Assembly (NCBI GenBank): GCA_050253075.1
Contig: JBFWJS010000004.1
Coordinates: 160,001 to 224,000, forward strand
DNA length: 64,000 nt
Reading direction: 5' to 3'
Origin: Deferribacterales bacterium
GTDB taxonomy: Bacteria > Chrysiogenota > Deferribacteres > Deferribacterales > Geovibrionaceae
Notes under the pieces: model-generated
What the model was told of the DNA's origin: nothing
Databases searched by the model: none
The model's input: the letters and a program-made list of their open reading frames with translations, nothing else
In this document: one piece after another, positions 10,413 through 19,916 of the stretch
Numbering within the stretch: position 1 is the stretch's first letter
Layout: every line of letters begins with the position of its first letter
Program-made: the position numbers and the translations under genes

Positions 10413-10414
10413 AC

Positions 10415-10744
10415 TTACTTTTTCTCCTCTGCGGTTTCGCCGTTTACCTTCTGGGCGATACCGTTCTTAGCAAGTTTGATAGTAACGCCAGCGGCGATCT
10501 CTACTATGTATGTATTGTTGTCTATTACTTTCAGAACTTTGCCGTAGATGCCGCCTCCTGTCATGATCTCATCGCCTGCTGCGATAGAGTTAAGCATGCT
10601 CATGTGCTGCTTCTGCTTTTTCTGCTGTGGTCTGATAAGCAAAAAGTAGAAAATTGCGAATATAAGGATAAGTGGAATGAATGGAGCGAACGGGCTTCCC
10701 TGTGCTGCTGCACCGTCTGCTGCGTATGCGATACTGTTAAACAT
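10415..10744 (-). CDS. yajC: Preprotein translocase subunit YajC
   Basis: FYFLLIRPQQKK, GDEIMTGGGIYG; tgt-yajC-secD-secF order. Confidence 0.95.
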   Translation of the reverse strand: MFNSIAYAADGAAAQGSPFAPFIPLILIFAIFYFLLIRPQQKKQKQHMSMLNSIAAGDEIMTGGGIYGKVLKVIDNNTYIVEIAAGVTIKLAKNGIAQKVNGETAEEKK

Positions 10745-11914
<1,170 letters not shown>

Positions 11915-11994
11915 TTATTTATTTTCTATCAGGCGACCGTAGGAAGCCGTTAAGTCTGCAAATTTAAAATGCGTTCACAGTGTTGTGTCATGCC

Positions 11995-13089
11995 TCAAGG
12001 CGCTGCCTTGATATACATTGCATCGCCGTAGCTGAAGAATTTATATCCGTTCGCCTTGGCGTGTTCGTATGCTTTCAGCATGTTTTCCCTGCCTGCCAGC
12101 TGGCTCACCAGCACGAAGAGTGTGGACTTGGGCAGATGGAAGTTAGTGATAAGCTCACTTATCACCTGAAATCTGTATCCGGGTTTGATGAAGAGGTTAG
12201 TCTCTCCGTACCCTGCTTTTATCATACCATTTTCGGCAGAGGATTCCAGCGCACGCACAGCAGTCGTCCCCACGGCGACGAGCTTCTTCCCCTCTTTTAA
12301 GAGACAGTTGATACGCTCGGAAGTTTCCTCGGATATATAGTATTTCTCCGTATGCATGTCGTGGTCTTCGAGATAGTGTGCTTTAACAGGGCGGAATGTA
12401 CCTATCCCTATATTCAGCGTAACTTCGAGAACCTCTATCCCCTTTGCCTTCACGGCGGACATTATCTCCGGAGTGAAGTGCAGCCCGGCCGTCGGCGCAG
12501 CCACAGAGCCCTCATCCTTTGAGTATATCGTCTGATAGCGTTCCGCATCGGATTCATTATCCGAACGCTCTATATAAGGAGGCAGAGGCATGTGCCCGCA
12601 CTCCTCCATGACACTGCTCACATCCGAGTCGAACTCTATTATGCGTGAGCCGTCTTCGAGTATCTCTGTAACTGTTGCTTTATATTTATCGACGAGAACT
12701 TCCGTCCCCTCTTTGACCTTGCCTTTGGTGATGGCCATCGCCCTGTTTTCAGACAGCTTTTCCAGGATGAGTATCTCTACCTGTCCGCCGGTCGGCTTAT
12801 TGCCGTATATACGGGCCTTCATGACCTTTGTGCTGTTCACCACGAGGAAAGAATTTTCATCTATAAGGTCTACGATATCCGTAAATACCTTATCGGAAAA
12901 GTCATTCTGAACAGGGTGAAGAGTCTGCTTTTCAAATGTTTCAGATCCTTCGGGTATCCCCTCAGGATGACTGTTTTTATTCACGACGAGCAGCTTAGAC
13001 ATCCCCCTCTTTTCAGCGGGGAACTGGGCTATCATCTCATCAGGCAGTTCAAAATCGAAGTCTGATATCGGTGTTCTTATCTCAGACAT
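11995..13089 (-). CDS. queA: S-adenosylmethionine:tRNA ribosyltransferase-isomerase with an in-frame repeat insertion
   Basis: DFDFELP, PLPPYI, GSVAAPTAGLHFT, TNFHLPKSTL, FFSYGDAM. Confidence 0.96.
   Translation of the reverse strand: MSEIRTPISDFDFELPDEMIAQFPAEKRGMSKLLVVNKNSHPEGIPEGSETFEKQTLHPVQNDFSDKVFTDIVDLIDENSFLVVNSTKVMKARIYGNKPTGGQVEILILEKLSENRAMAITKGKVKEGTEVLVDKYKATVTEILEDGSRIIEFDSDVSSVMEECGHMPLPPYIERSDNESDAERYQTIYSKDEGSVAAPTAGLHFTPEIMSAVKAKGIEVLEVTLNIGIGTFRPVKAHYLEDHDMHTEKYYISEETSERINCLLKEGKKLVAVGTTAVRALESSAENGMIKAGYGETNLFIKPGYRFQVISELITNFHLPKSTLFVLVSQLAGRENMLKAYEHAKANGYKFFSYGDAMYIKAAP
12901..12971. repeat. Palindromic GTCAT..ATGAC repeat, copy inside queA
   Basis: GTCATTCTGA...GAAGAGTCTG...CAGATCCTTC...TCAGGATGAC; same architecture as the intergenic copies. 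Confidence 0.85.
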
Positions 13090-14455
13090 TAGAGGCAACG
13101 AATTCCTTCACCTTATCCAGATCGTTCTCTATCACGGAGCATCTTTTCTCCAGCGATTCCAGCTTTGCTATCCCTTCAGGCTTTTCGGGTGCTTTGCCTG
13201 TGGCTTTTACAACCACATCGGGGAATTTCGCAGGGTGCGCAGTAGAGAGACAGACATAGTCTGCATCAGCCAGCTCAAGTGCCGCCGCCACACCGCAGGC
13301 AGTGTGAGGGTCGAGAACGTATCCTGTGGATTCGTAGAATGATTTTATTGTTGATTCTGTCAGTTCGTTTGATGTGGAGAATGTGCCGAATTCAGCGTGA
13401 ACCTTCTCCATGTCACTGTCAGAAAATGTTATTTTTCCGTTTGCTTTCAGCTCTGCCATCTTTTCACGGATGACTGCGGAGTCTTTTCCGTAGAGGAAGT
13501 AGAGATATCTCTCAAAGTTTGAAGCTATCTGTATATCCATAGACGGGCTGTATGTCTGCACCACTTCCTTTGTGCTGTAGTCGCCGTCTTTGATGAACCT
13601 TGCAAGGATGTTGTTCTCGTTTGTGGCGAGTATCATCTTATCCAGAGGGAGCCCCATCTGCTTTGCAAAGTATCCTGCGAATATATTGCCGAAGTTGCCT
13701 GTGGGAACGATGAAGCGAACCTTCTCCGCACCCTGCTTCTGCGCCTGAAAGTATCCGTAGAAGTAATATACTATCTGTGCCAGCACACGTGCCCAGTTTA
13801 TGGAGTTCACTGCGCCCAGCTTATATTTCTTTTTATAGTCTATGTCGCCGAATGCCGCTTTAACGATATCCTGCGCATCGTCGAACGTCCCTTCGATGGC
13901 GAGGTTATAAACGTTTGCATCGGTGACGGATGTCATCTGCATCTCCTGCACTGCGCTCACACGTCCTTTCGGATGCAGGATAAAGATGTTTATATTATCC
14001 TTTCCTCTGACGCCGTATATAGCAGCAGAGCCTGTATCGCCGGATGTAGCTCCGATGATGTTGAGCTGCTCGTTGCGCTCTTTGAGGATGTATTCAAACA
14101 GATTACCCAGAAGCTGAAGAGCGACATCTTTGAAAGCGAATGTCGGCCCGTGGAAGAGCTCCTGAATGTATACGCCCCCCTTTTTCACAACTGGTGCGAC
14201 CTCAGGGGTTTCAAATGTTGAGTAGCTTTTCTCTATCAGCGTTCTCAGGTCAGATTCAGGGATGTCGGTGGCAAAGAGGGATATGATCTCATAAGCCAGC
14301 TCTTTATACGAGAGCGTGGCGAGCTTATCCAGCTTTTCTGCGACAGACGGGACAGTCTCGGGGAGGAGGAGTCCTCCGTCCTCTGCGAGCCCCATCATAA
14401 CGGCATCTTTGAAAGAAACCTTCTCAGTTTTTCCTCTTGTGCTGATATATTTCAT
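13082..14455 (-). CDS. thrC: Threonine synthase
   Basis: MKYISTRG, ELFHGPTFAFKD, ATSGDTG, NSINWAR, VPTGNFGN. Confidence 0.96.
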   Translation of the reverse strand: MKYISTRGKTEKVSFKDAVMMGLAEDGGLLLPETVPSVAEKLDKLATLSYKELAYEIISLFATDIPESDLRTLIEKSYSTFETPEVAPVVKKGGVYIQELFHGPTFAFKDVALQLLGNLFEYILKERNEQLNIIGATSGDTGSAAIYGVRGKDNINIFILHPKGRVSAVQEMQMTSVTDANVYNLAIEGTFDDAQDIVKAAFGDIDYKKKYKLGAVNSINWARVLAQIVYYFYGYFQAQKQGAEKVRFIVPTGNFGNIFAGYFAKQMGLPLDKMILATNENNILARFIKDGDYSTKEVVQTYSPSMDIQIASNFERYLYFLYGKDSAVIREKMAELKANGKITFSDSDMEKVHAEFGTFSTSNELTESTIKSFYESTGYVLDPHTACGVAAALELADADYVCLSTAHPAKFPDVVVKATGKAPEKPEGIAKLESLEKRCSVIENDLDKVKEFVASNV

Positions 14456-14477
14456 TTGAAACCTCATTAAACAGTTA

Positions 14478-14499
14478 GAGGGGACATCTCTGTCCCCTC
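14478..14499. promoter_or_regulatory. GC-rich hairpin in the thrC leader
   Basis: GAGGGGACA-TCTC-TGTCCCCTC perfect 9-bp stem without a U tract; function unknown. Confidence 0.35.
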
Positions 14500-14522
14500 G
14501 TTTATATAGCATATAAATTATT

Positions 14523-14600
14523 GTCATTCTGAGGAATATCATGACGAAGAATCTAAAAGCAACAGAGTGCCCAGATCCTTCGCTTATCGCTCAGGATGAC
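14523..14600. repeat. Palindromic GTCAT..ATGAC repeat (thrC-ndk intergenic)
   Basis: GTCATTCTGAG...CGAAGAATCT...AGATCCTTCG...CTCAGGATGAC. Confidence 0.85.
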
Positions 14601-14613
14601 GTTTTATATAGTC

Positions 14614-15027
14614 TTAGACCAGTTCGAGTTCGGAGAAGAAGAAAGCCATCTCGTAAGCGGCTGTCTCAGGAGCATCAGAACCGTGTGTTGCGTTGTTGTC
14701 GATGCTTACGCCGAATTCTTTTCTAAGTGTGCCTTCTGCAGCGTCTTTAGGGTTTGTAGCACCCATAAGGTCTCTCCATGCTTTGATAGCGCCCTCTTTC
14801 TCAAGTATCATAACGACACAAGGACCGGAGCACATGAAATCTGTGAGCTCGCCGTAGAATGGTCTCTCTTTATGTACAGCGTAGAAGCCTTCAGCCTCTT
14901 TTTTAGAAAGGTGGATCTTTTTAAGTCCGATAACTTTGAATCCTTCTTTCTCGATTCTTGTGAGGATAGCTCCTGCGTTGCCTGCTGCTGTAGCATCAGG
15001 TTTGATGATTGCGAATGTTCTTTCCAT
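14614..15027 (-). CDS. ndk: Nucleoside diphosphate kinase
   Basis: [23 protein letters not shown]. Confidence 0.97.
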   Translation of the reverse strand: MERTFAIIKPDATAAGNAGAILTRIEKEGFKVIGLKKIHLSKKEAEGFYAVHKERPFYGELTDFMCSGPCVVMILEKEGAIKAWRDLMGATNPKDAAEGTLRKEFGVSIDNNATHGSDAPETAAYEMAFFFSELELV

Positions 15028-15128
15028 TATCTTAACCTCTAAAAGTGTAATTATTTTATTAAGCTCAGATTCATTAGCATACTGAACGTCTATAATCAAG
15101 ACATATATATTTCAAGCCTCGGCAATGG

Positions 15129-15201
15129 GGCATCCTGAATGAAATGAAGGATCTGATACCGATTTTCGAAACAGATTCTTCGCCTTTCGTCTCAGAATGA
15201 C
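15129..15201. repeat. Palindromic GTCAT..ATGAC repeat
   Basis: GGCATCCTGAA...GAAGGATCTG...CAGATTCTTC...CTCAGAATGAC. Confidence 0.8.
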
Positions 15202-15211
15202 AAAAACTGAC

Positions 15212-15559
15212 CTAGTGCTTTACTATAAGCGCAAGGAATGTGAGCGGTTCGAGGGTGTCGTTTTCCAGAGAGTGATTCTCACCGTCTTTGGTAACGGTGA
15301 GGTCGCCTGCTGTGACTCTCTCTAACTGGCCGTTGTCGTTAAATCTGCCTTCTCCGTCAAGGATAAGGTAAAACTCCATATCACCGCTGTGTCCGTGATA
15401 TCCTATAGAACTGCCAGGCTCGAGCTGCATCATGGCGAAGTTTGTTATCTCGCCGTTGAATCCTGCCGCCGCTTCATAAGCCATACGCATAGCTTTGCCT
15501 GTTCCGCCTCTGGGCTTTTCCATAGTCTGCTGTTCGAGTTCCTGTCCTCTTATTATCAC
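15212..15559 (-). CDS. Cupin domain protein
   Basis: GSSIGYHGH..EFYLILDGEG, GENHSLEN; GTG start after AGGAG. Confidence 0.85.
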   Translation of the reverse strand: MIIRGQELEQQTMEKPRGGTGKAMRMAYEAAAGFNGEITNFAMMQLEPGSSIGYHGHSGDMEFYLILDGEGRFNDNGQLERVTAGDLTVTKDGENHSLENDTLEPLTFLALIVKH

Positions 15560-15627
15560 GATAATGCTCCTCAAGTATCAGTTTAGTATTGTTATATTAA
15601 TGTATGGCTGATTTGTAAAGTTGAGAT

Positions 15628-15704
15628 GTTGCCATGAGTAAAACGAAGGACCTGAACCCGATGCGAGCTTTCAGATTCTTCGTCATGCCATTCCTCAGAA
15701 TGAC
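15628..15704. repeat. Palindromic GTCAT..ATGAC repeat (degenerate left arm)
   Basis: Right arm AGATTCTTCGTCATGCCATTCCTCAGAATGAC is nearly the reverse complement of the left arm of the 14523 copy. Confidence 0.8.
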
Positions 15705-15718
15705 TTTAAATAAAGGCT

Positions 15719-16114
15719 TTACCTTGCCTCTCCTGCTTTCTTTAATGCCCACTTGAACCCAATAGACACTGATTAATCAAAAGCTAATTCTCAATCCTAG
15801 AGAATTAGCTCTACACTCAGCAGGAACAAGTACCTGCCTCGTTTACGCTCCATTAAAACCTGCGGTTCATTCCGCAAGGCACATCCTGTGGCTTATCGGG
15901 CCTCTCCTGCTTTTTTGAGTGCCCATTTGAACCCAATAGGCACTGATTAATCTAGAGCTAATTCTCAATCCTAGAGAATTAGCTCTACACTCCGCAGGAA
16001 CAAGTACCTGCCTCGTTTACGCTCCATTAAAACCTGCGGTTCATTCCGCGAGGCACATCCTGTGCCTTATCGGGCCTCTCCTGCTTTTTTGAGTGCCCAT
16101 TTAAACCCAATAGG
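15719..16114 (-). repeat. Tandem 174-bp units: three 48-bp copies of the antiporter 3' end separated by two 126-bp hairpin-rich spacers
   Basis: Copies 16067-16114, 15893-15940 and 15719-15766 all read (P/S)IGFKWALKKAGEAR*; spacers 15941-16066 and 15767-15892 differ at about 5 positions. Confidence 0.95.
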
Positions 16115-17317
16115 CCCGATGATCTGGTTTATGGCGACGATGGCGAGGATGAGTGTCTGGAGCTGTATGCCCCAGTCGCCGAAATTCGCCCCGATTATCT
16201 TCGCAAAGCCTATGCTGACACCCGCCTGACCTATAAAGCCGAGGAACGAATATTTCTTAATATTATCCCCCTCTCTGATGATCATCCCGCCGATGTAGCA
16301 CCCTGCGAATGTCGCAAATGTCCTGAGTAAGACTATGGCAATGGCAGCCGCCCACATAACCTTCAAAGCGGTGAGGTCAACCACAGTGCCTGCGATGAAA
16401 AAGAATATAAGGTATATTATCCCCGAATTATCCTCGACATTCTTCACCAGTGAATGACCGTATTTCGAGAAGTTGTTAACGCCTATCCCCACAAAGAGGA
16501 AAACCAGCAGCGGATTAAGGTGCAGACTCTTCGCCAGCCATGTCATAGATATGGTGAAAAGGATGATGAAGACACCCTGATTCGCCTTTATATACTGTTT
16601 ATAAGATACGACAACAAGGCTGAGCGCCAGCCCCGCCAGTATCGATAAAAACTCCTCCAGCACAACACCCGTAACGGTGACCTCGCCGTCTGAGCTGTAT
16701 AAAGACAGCACAAAGGCAAAGAGTATGATGATGATAATATCCTTTATGATGGCACTGGTGAGTGTATAGTCCGTCATCTTGCCTTTTGCTTCGGACTCTA
16801 TTATCACGGCGACGGTCGTCGCAGGGGATTTCGCATTTGCTATAACGCTCATGAATATAATGGCTGTCATACCCGCAAAAACTGCATTAGGGAACATATC
16901 CCTGAAAAAGTACAGAAACACAAATACAATGCTGAATGTGATGACTATCTGCGACGCCACAAAGGTGAAAACTTTCCGCAGGTCTATACGGCTGTTGCGG
17001 AAGTGTATCTCTCCCCCTGCCGTCATGGCTATGATGCTGAGAGCAACATCATCTATGAAGCGGAGCTCGCTTATCATATCCGTGGTGAAGACGTTCATCA
17101 CATACGGCCCCAGCAGTATCCCCATGATGAGGAAGCTGGTGATGGTGGGCAGTCCGAACCTGCTGAGCAGTCTGCCCGAAACAAACGCCATGAAAAGCGC
17201 AAAGCCGAAAACCATAAATAGCGATTCAGGGCGAGCGGATATGCCCGACGTCTGTATTATATATAATATTGTAAGTCCTGCCGTCAGAGACAGCGCATCA
17301 ATCAGTTTTTCTTTCAT
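16067..17317 (-). CDS. Cation:proton antiporter family membrane protein
   Basis: GILLGP, KSPATTVAVI, IKD, GFIGQAGVSIG, IIGPIG; many TM helices. Confidence 0.85.
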   Translation of the reverse strand: MKEKLIDALSLTAGLTILYIIQTSGISARPESLFMVFGFALFMAFVSGRLLSRFGLPTITSFLIMGILLGPYVMNVFTTDMISELRFIDDVALSIIAMTAGGEIHFRNSRIDLRKVFTFVASQIVITFSIVFVFLYFFRDMFPNAVFAGMTAIIFMSVIANAKSPATTVAVIIESEAKGKMTDYTLTSAIIKDIIIIILFAFVLSLYSSDGEVTVTGVVLEEFLSILAGLALSLVVVSYKQYIKANQGVFIILFTISMTWLAKSLHLNPLLVFLFVGIGVNNFSKYGHSLVKNVEDNSGIIYLIFFFIAGTVVDLTALKVMWAAAIAIVLLRTFATFAGCYIGGMIIREGDNIKKYSFLGFIGQAGVSIGFAKIIGANFGDWGIQLQTLILAIVAINQIIGPIGFKWALKKAGEAR

Positions 17318-18410
17318 TTTTCATCATTAAATATGTAGTGATCTCTGTGGCCAAATGCACGAGGAAGAACGGACCGAAAAGCCCCGCAACAGACTCGTAC
17401 CCATGACGTGAGCCAAAGTCAAGGAGCATCACGGCGGGGAGTATCCCCGTGGATACCAGCATTATCAGCTCGCCCTTTGTGGGCATCAGCCTTTCCGCCA
17501 GCACCTTTGCCATTACCATACGCACCAGCATAAAGCAGACGTATATCCCACCTGCGGTTATCACAACCTCAAAGCTGAAGGTGAAGCCGTAAGCCAGCAT
17601 TACACCCAGAGCGACGTAAAAGAATATATAAAGTATGCGCTCGAACGTGATGGACATATTCTGAAAGATGTTGCCGTATTTCGTATCCGAAGTGACAAAC
17701 CCCACGAGGAAGCCGAGCACCAGCGGAGATATCTTATAAAAAACAGCTATCCCCGATATCAGCACCACGAAGAGTATGCTGAGGTTATGCACGCTCTTCT
17801 TCGAGCGTATCTTTCCGTAATGGAGAAATACAGCGGCGAGAGCCAGCGCAGACACAAACGACTTCATAAAATCCACCGGACGGTAGTCCTCCACCCCTGC
17901 GGCAAATGTGTATGCGAGGAGCGTTATCAGGGGGAACAGCGAAGCCGTCAGGTTCGATATAAAGACCTTATCCTTCGGCACACGGAAGAGCTTCATAGTC
18001 AGATTCACCGAATAAGGCATAAGCGTGTTCAAAGCGATGCTCATCATCAGCGGATACCTACACTTCAGATTCAGCAGTACTATGTATAAAAGAGGGATCA
18101 TCACAATGTATATGATGCCCGAGAATATGAAAAATCTGTACGGCACAGTCATCAGCAGCTTTATGCTGAAATGCGTCCCCAATGCCAGCCCCATAAAGGC
18201 AAGGAGCAGATACATTATGCCGTTCATCGTCGTTATTGGTATCGGCAGCTTATCCGTAAGAAAGAAAAGCACAATCCCCACAATAACATACTCAAGCTCT
18301 AGGTTTATCAGATAGCTGAACAGAGACTCACGCTTCTTCTTTCTACTGTAAAGAAGACTGGCGGTGAAAAGGAATACAAAAAATATTATAAGTGTCTCTA
18401 TCTCGCTCAT
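17298..18410 (-). CDS. Polytopic membrane protein, degenerate cation/H+ exchanger-like
   Basis: 370 aa, highly hydrophobic, ISPLVLGFLVG; overlaps the antiporter start. Confidence 0.65.
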   Translation of the reverse strand: MSEIETLIIFFVFLFTASLLYSRKKKRESLFSYLINLELEYVIVGIVLFFLTDKLPIPITTMNGIMYLLLAFMGLALGTHFSIKLLMTVPYRFFIFSGIIYIVMIPLLYIVLLNLKCRYPLMMSIALNTLMPYSVNLTMKLFRVPKDKVFISNLTASLFPLITLLAYTFAAGVEDYRPVDFMKSFVSALALAAVFLHYGKIRSKKSVHNLSILFVVLISGIAVFYKISPLVLGFLVGFVTSDTKYGNIFQNMSITFERILYIFFYVALGVMLAYGFTFSFEVVITAGGIYVCFMLVRMVMAKVLAERLMPTKGELIMLVSTGILPAVMLLDFGSRHGYESVAGLFGPFFLVHLATEITTYLMMKNERKTD

Positions 18411-18457
18411 TAAGACATTCTACAGTAACTTTTAAACCTCTGCTACTAATTAACAAC

Positions 18458-19066
18458 CTATCCAAAAGCAAGGAACACCCCAAGGGTGATAATGACGAAT
18501 CCCGACATCTGTTCGATGCGGTATGTATATGCATTCAGCATCCCCTTTATCTTTTTATTCCCCACGGAAAAGGCAATGAACATATCCCAGAAAAGTACGG
18601 CGGAGAACATCCATAAACCGTAAAGAAACTGTATGTGCACCCCTGTGGTTCGGCTGATGAAGAGACTGTAGAGGCTGAGATAGAATATCGGATTCTTCGG
18701 ATTCAGTATCGCAGACATAAAGCCCGTCATGAACAGCTTCCCTGCCGAGTCTCTCATCTGCACGGCATCTGCACCGATAAATAACTCCCTTTTGCTCGAG
18801 CGCAAAAGCATAAAGCCGATATAGCAGAGGAATGCCGCTCCGCCCACCTTCATAACCGTCAGCAGCCATGTGTGCTCCCGCACGACGGAAAAGCCCACCA
18901 GGGCAAATATGATATAGACACCGTTTGCGACGGCTATGCCGAGACATGTGAAAAAGGCTCTGGCGGAACCGTTCCGCAAAGACATGGATATAATGATGAA
19001 AAAGTCGGGCCCCGGACTGATAAGTGCGAGAAAATGTGCAAGCGCAACCGCTATGAATTCTGCCAT
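18458..19066 (-). CDS. LysE/RhtB family exporter
   Basis: ISPGPDF, ILNPKN motifs. Confidence 0.9.
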   Translation of the reverse strand: MAEFIAVALAHFLALISPGPDFFIIISMSLRNGSARAFFTCLGIAVANGVYIIFALVGFSVVREHTWLLTVMKVGGAAFLCYIGFMLLRSSKRELFIGADAVQMRDSAGKLFMTGFMSAILNPKNPIFYLSLYSLFISRTTGVHIQFLYGLWMFSAVLFWDMFIAFSVGNKKIKGMLNAYTYRIEQMSGFVIITLGVFLAFG

Positions 19067-19120
19067 GTGCATCCTCCTGATGAGTGAAGATGCCCGAAAG
19101 GCGTTTAAAAATATTGTATA

Positions 19121-19915
19121 TTATTGACGATATTCGCCCGGAGTCGCCGCTGTTATCTTTTTAAATATGCGGTGAAAGTGGCTCTGGTCTGTGAATCCGG
19201 TGTCTGCGGCGGTGTCTGCTATGGACTTTCCGCTTTTCAGCATGTCTTTTGCCCGCTCTATGCGGATGTTCATCTGATATGCGTGGGGAGGCAGTCCATA
19301 TGTGTTGCGGAAACAGCGTAAAAGGTGAAATCTGTTCTGCCTGAATTTATCCGCCAGCTCTTCCAGAGTTATATTTTCAAATGGGTTTTCCTCGATGTAT
19401 TCCGCCACTTCTTTCAGGATTACGGACGGTATCTCGTCCAGAGGCTTTTCCGTGCAGTATTTTTCGAATATCCTAGTGACTATGCGTATCAGCTCGTATT
19501 CGCCGTCGTAATATTCCTCTTCATCCATTACGGCACGGCAGTAATTACAGAAATCGCCGAAGAGCTCCTCGTCTGTGACACATCCAGACACAAGGGGGAC
19601 AAAGCTATCCGAGCCGAACATCTCTCTCTGCATGTCCTCGCACCATTTCACATCCAGATGCATCATCCAGTATGACCTGCTCTTCTTATTTATAGGGTTA
19701 CAGCTATGTGGGTCGTTCGGGTTAAAAAAAACGAGCATACCCGCAGAGACGACACTATCCTCTCCGCAGCAGTTCATCACTGTTTCCCCGCCGTCCACTG
19801 CGCCGATGGAGAGGTATTCCACATGAGAGTGCGATTTATACGGCACATTGCTCATGTCCGTTCTGCGTATTTCCATATGCGGGAGCTTTTCGCTCCGCCA
19901 GAAGTTATTGCTCAT
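19121..19915 (-). CDS. AraC family transcriptional regulator
   Basis: Cupin HSH N-terminus; GLPPHAY, GFTDQSHFHRIFKK..TPGEYR. Confidence 0.93.
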   Translation of the reverse strand: MSNNFWRSEKLPHMEIRRTDMSNVPYKSHSHVEYLSIGAVDGGETVMNCCGEDSVVSAGMLVFFNPNDPHSCNPINKKSRSYWMMHLDVKWCEDMQREMFGSDSFVPLVSGCVTDEELFGDFCNYCRAVMDEEEYYDGEYELIRIVTRIFEKYCTEKPLDEIPSVILKEVAEYIEENPFENITLEELADKFRQNRFHLLRCFRNTYGLPPHAYQMNIRIERAKDMLKSGKSIADTAADTGFTDQSHFHRIFKKITAATPGEYRQ

Positions 19916-19916
19916 A

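Noticed and set aside
11925..11950. SRP RNA or preQ1 riboswitch in the queA-tgt spacer
   Set aside because: CAGG...AGGAAGC resembles SRP only loosely and lacks the CC-GGAA-GG hairpin; I could not match a preQ1 consensus.
11950..11991. 13-codon uORF (MTQHCERILNLQT) as a queuosine-sensing leader
   Set aside because: No clear SD and no enrichment of Tyr/His/Asn/Asp codons.
15719..16114. CRISPR array
   Set aside because: Spacers are near-identical and 126 bp long, the repeats are gene tails, and no cas genes are present.
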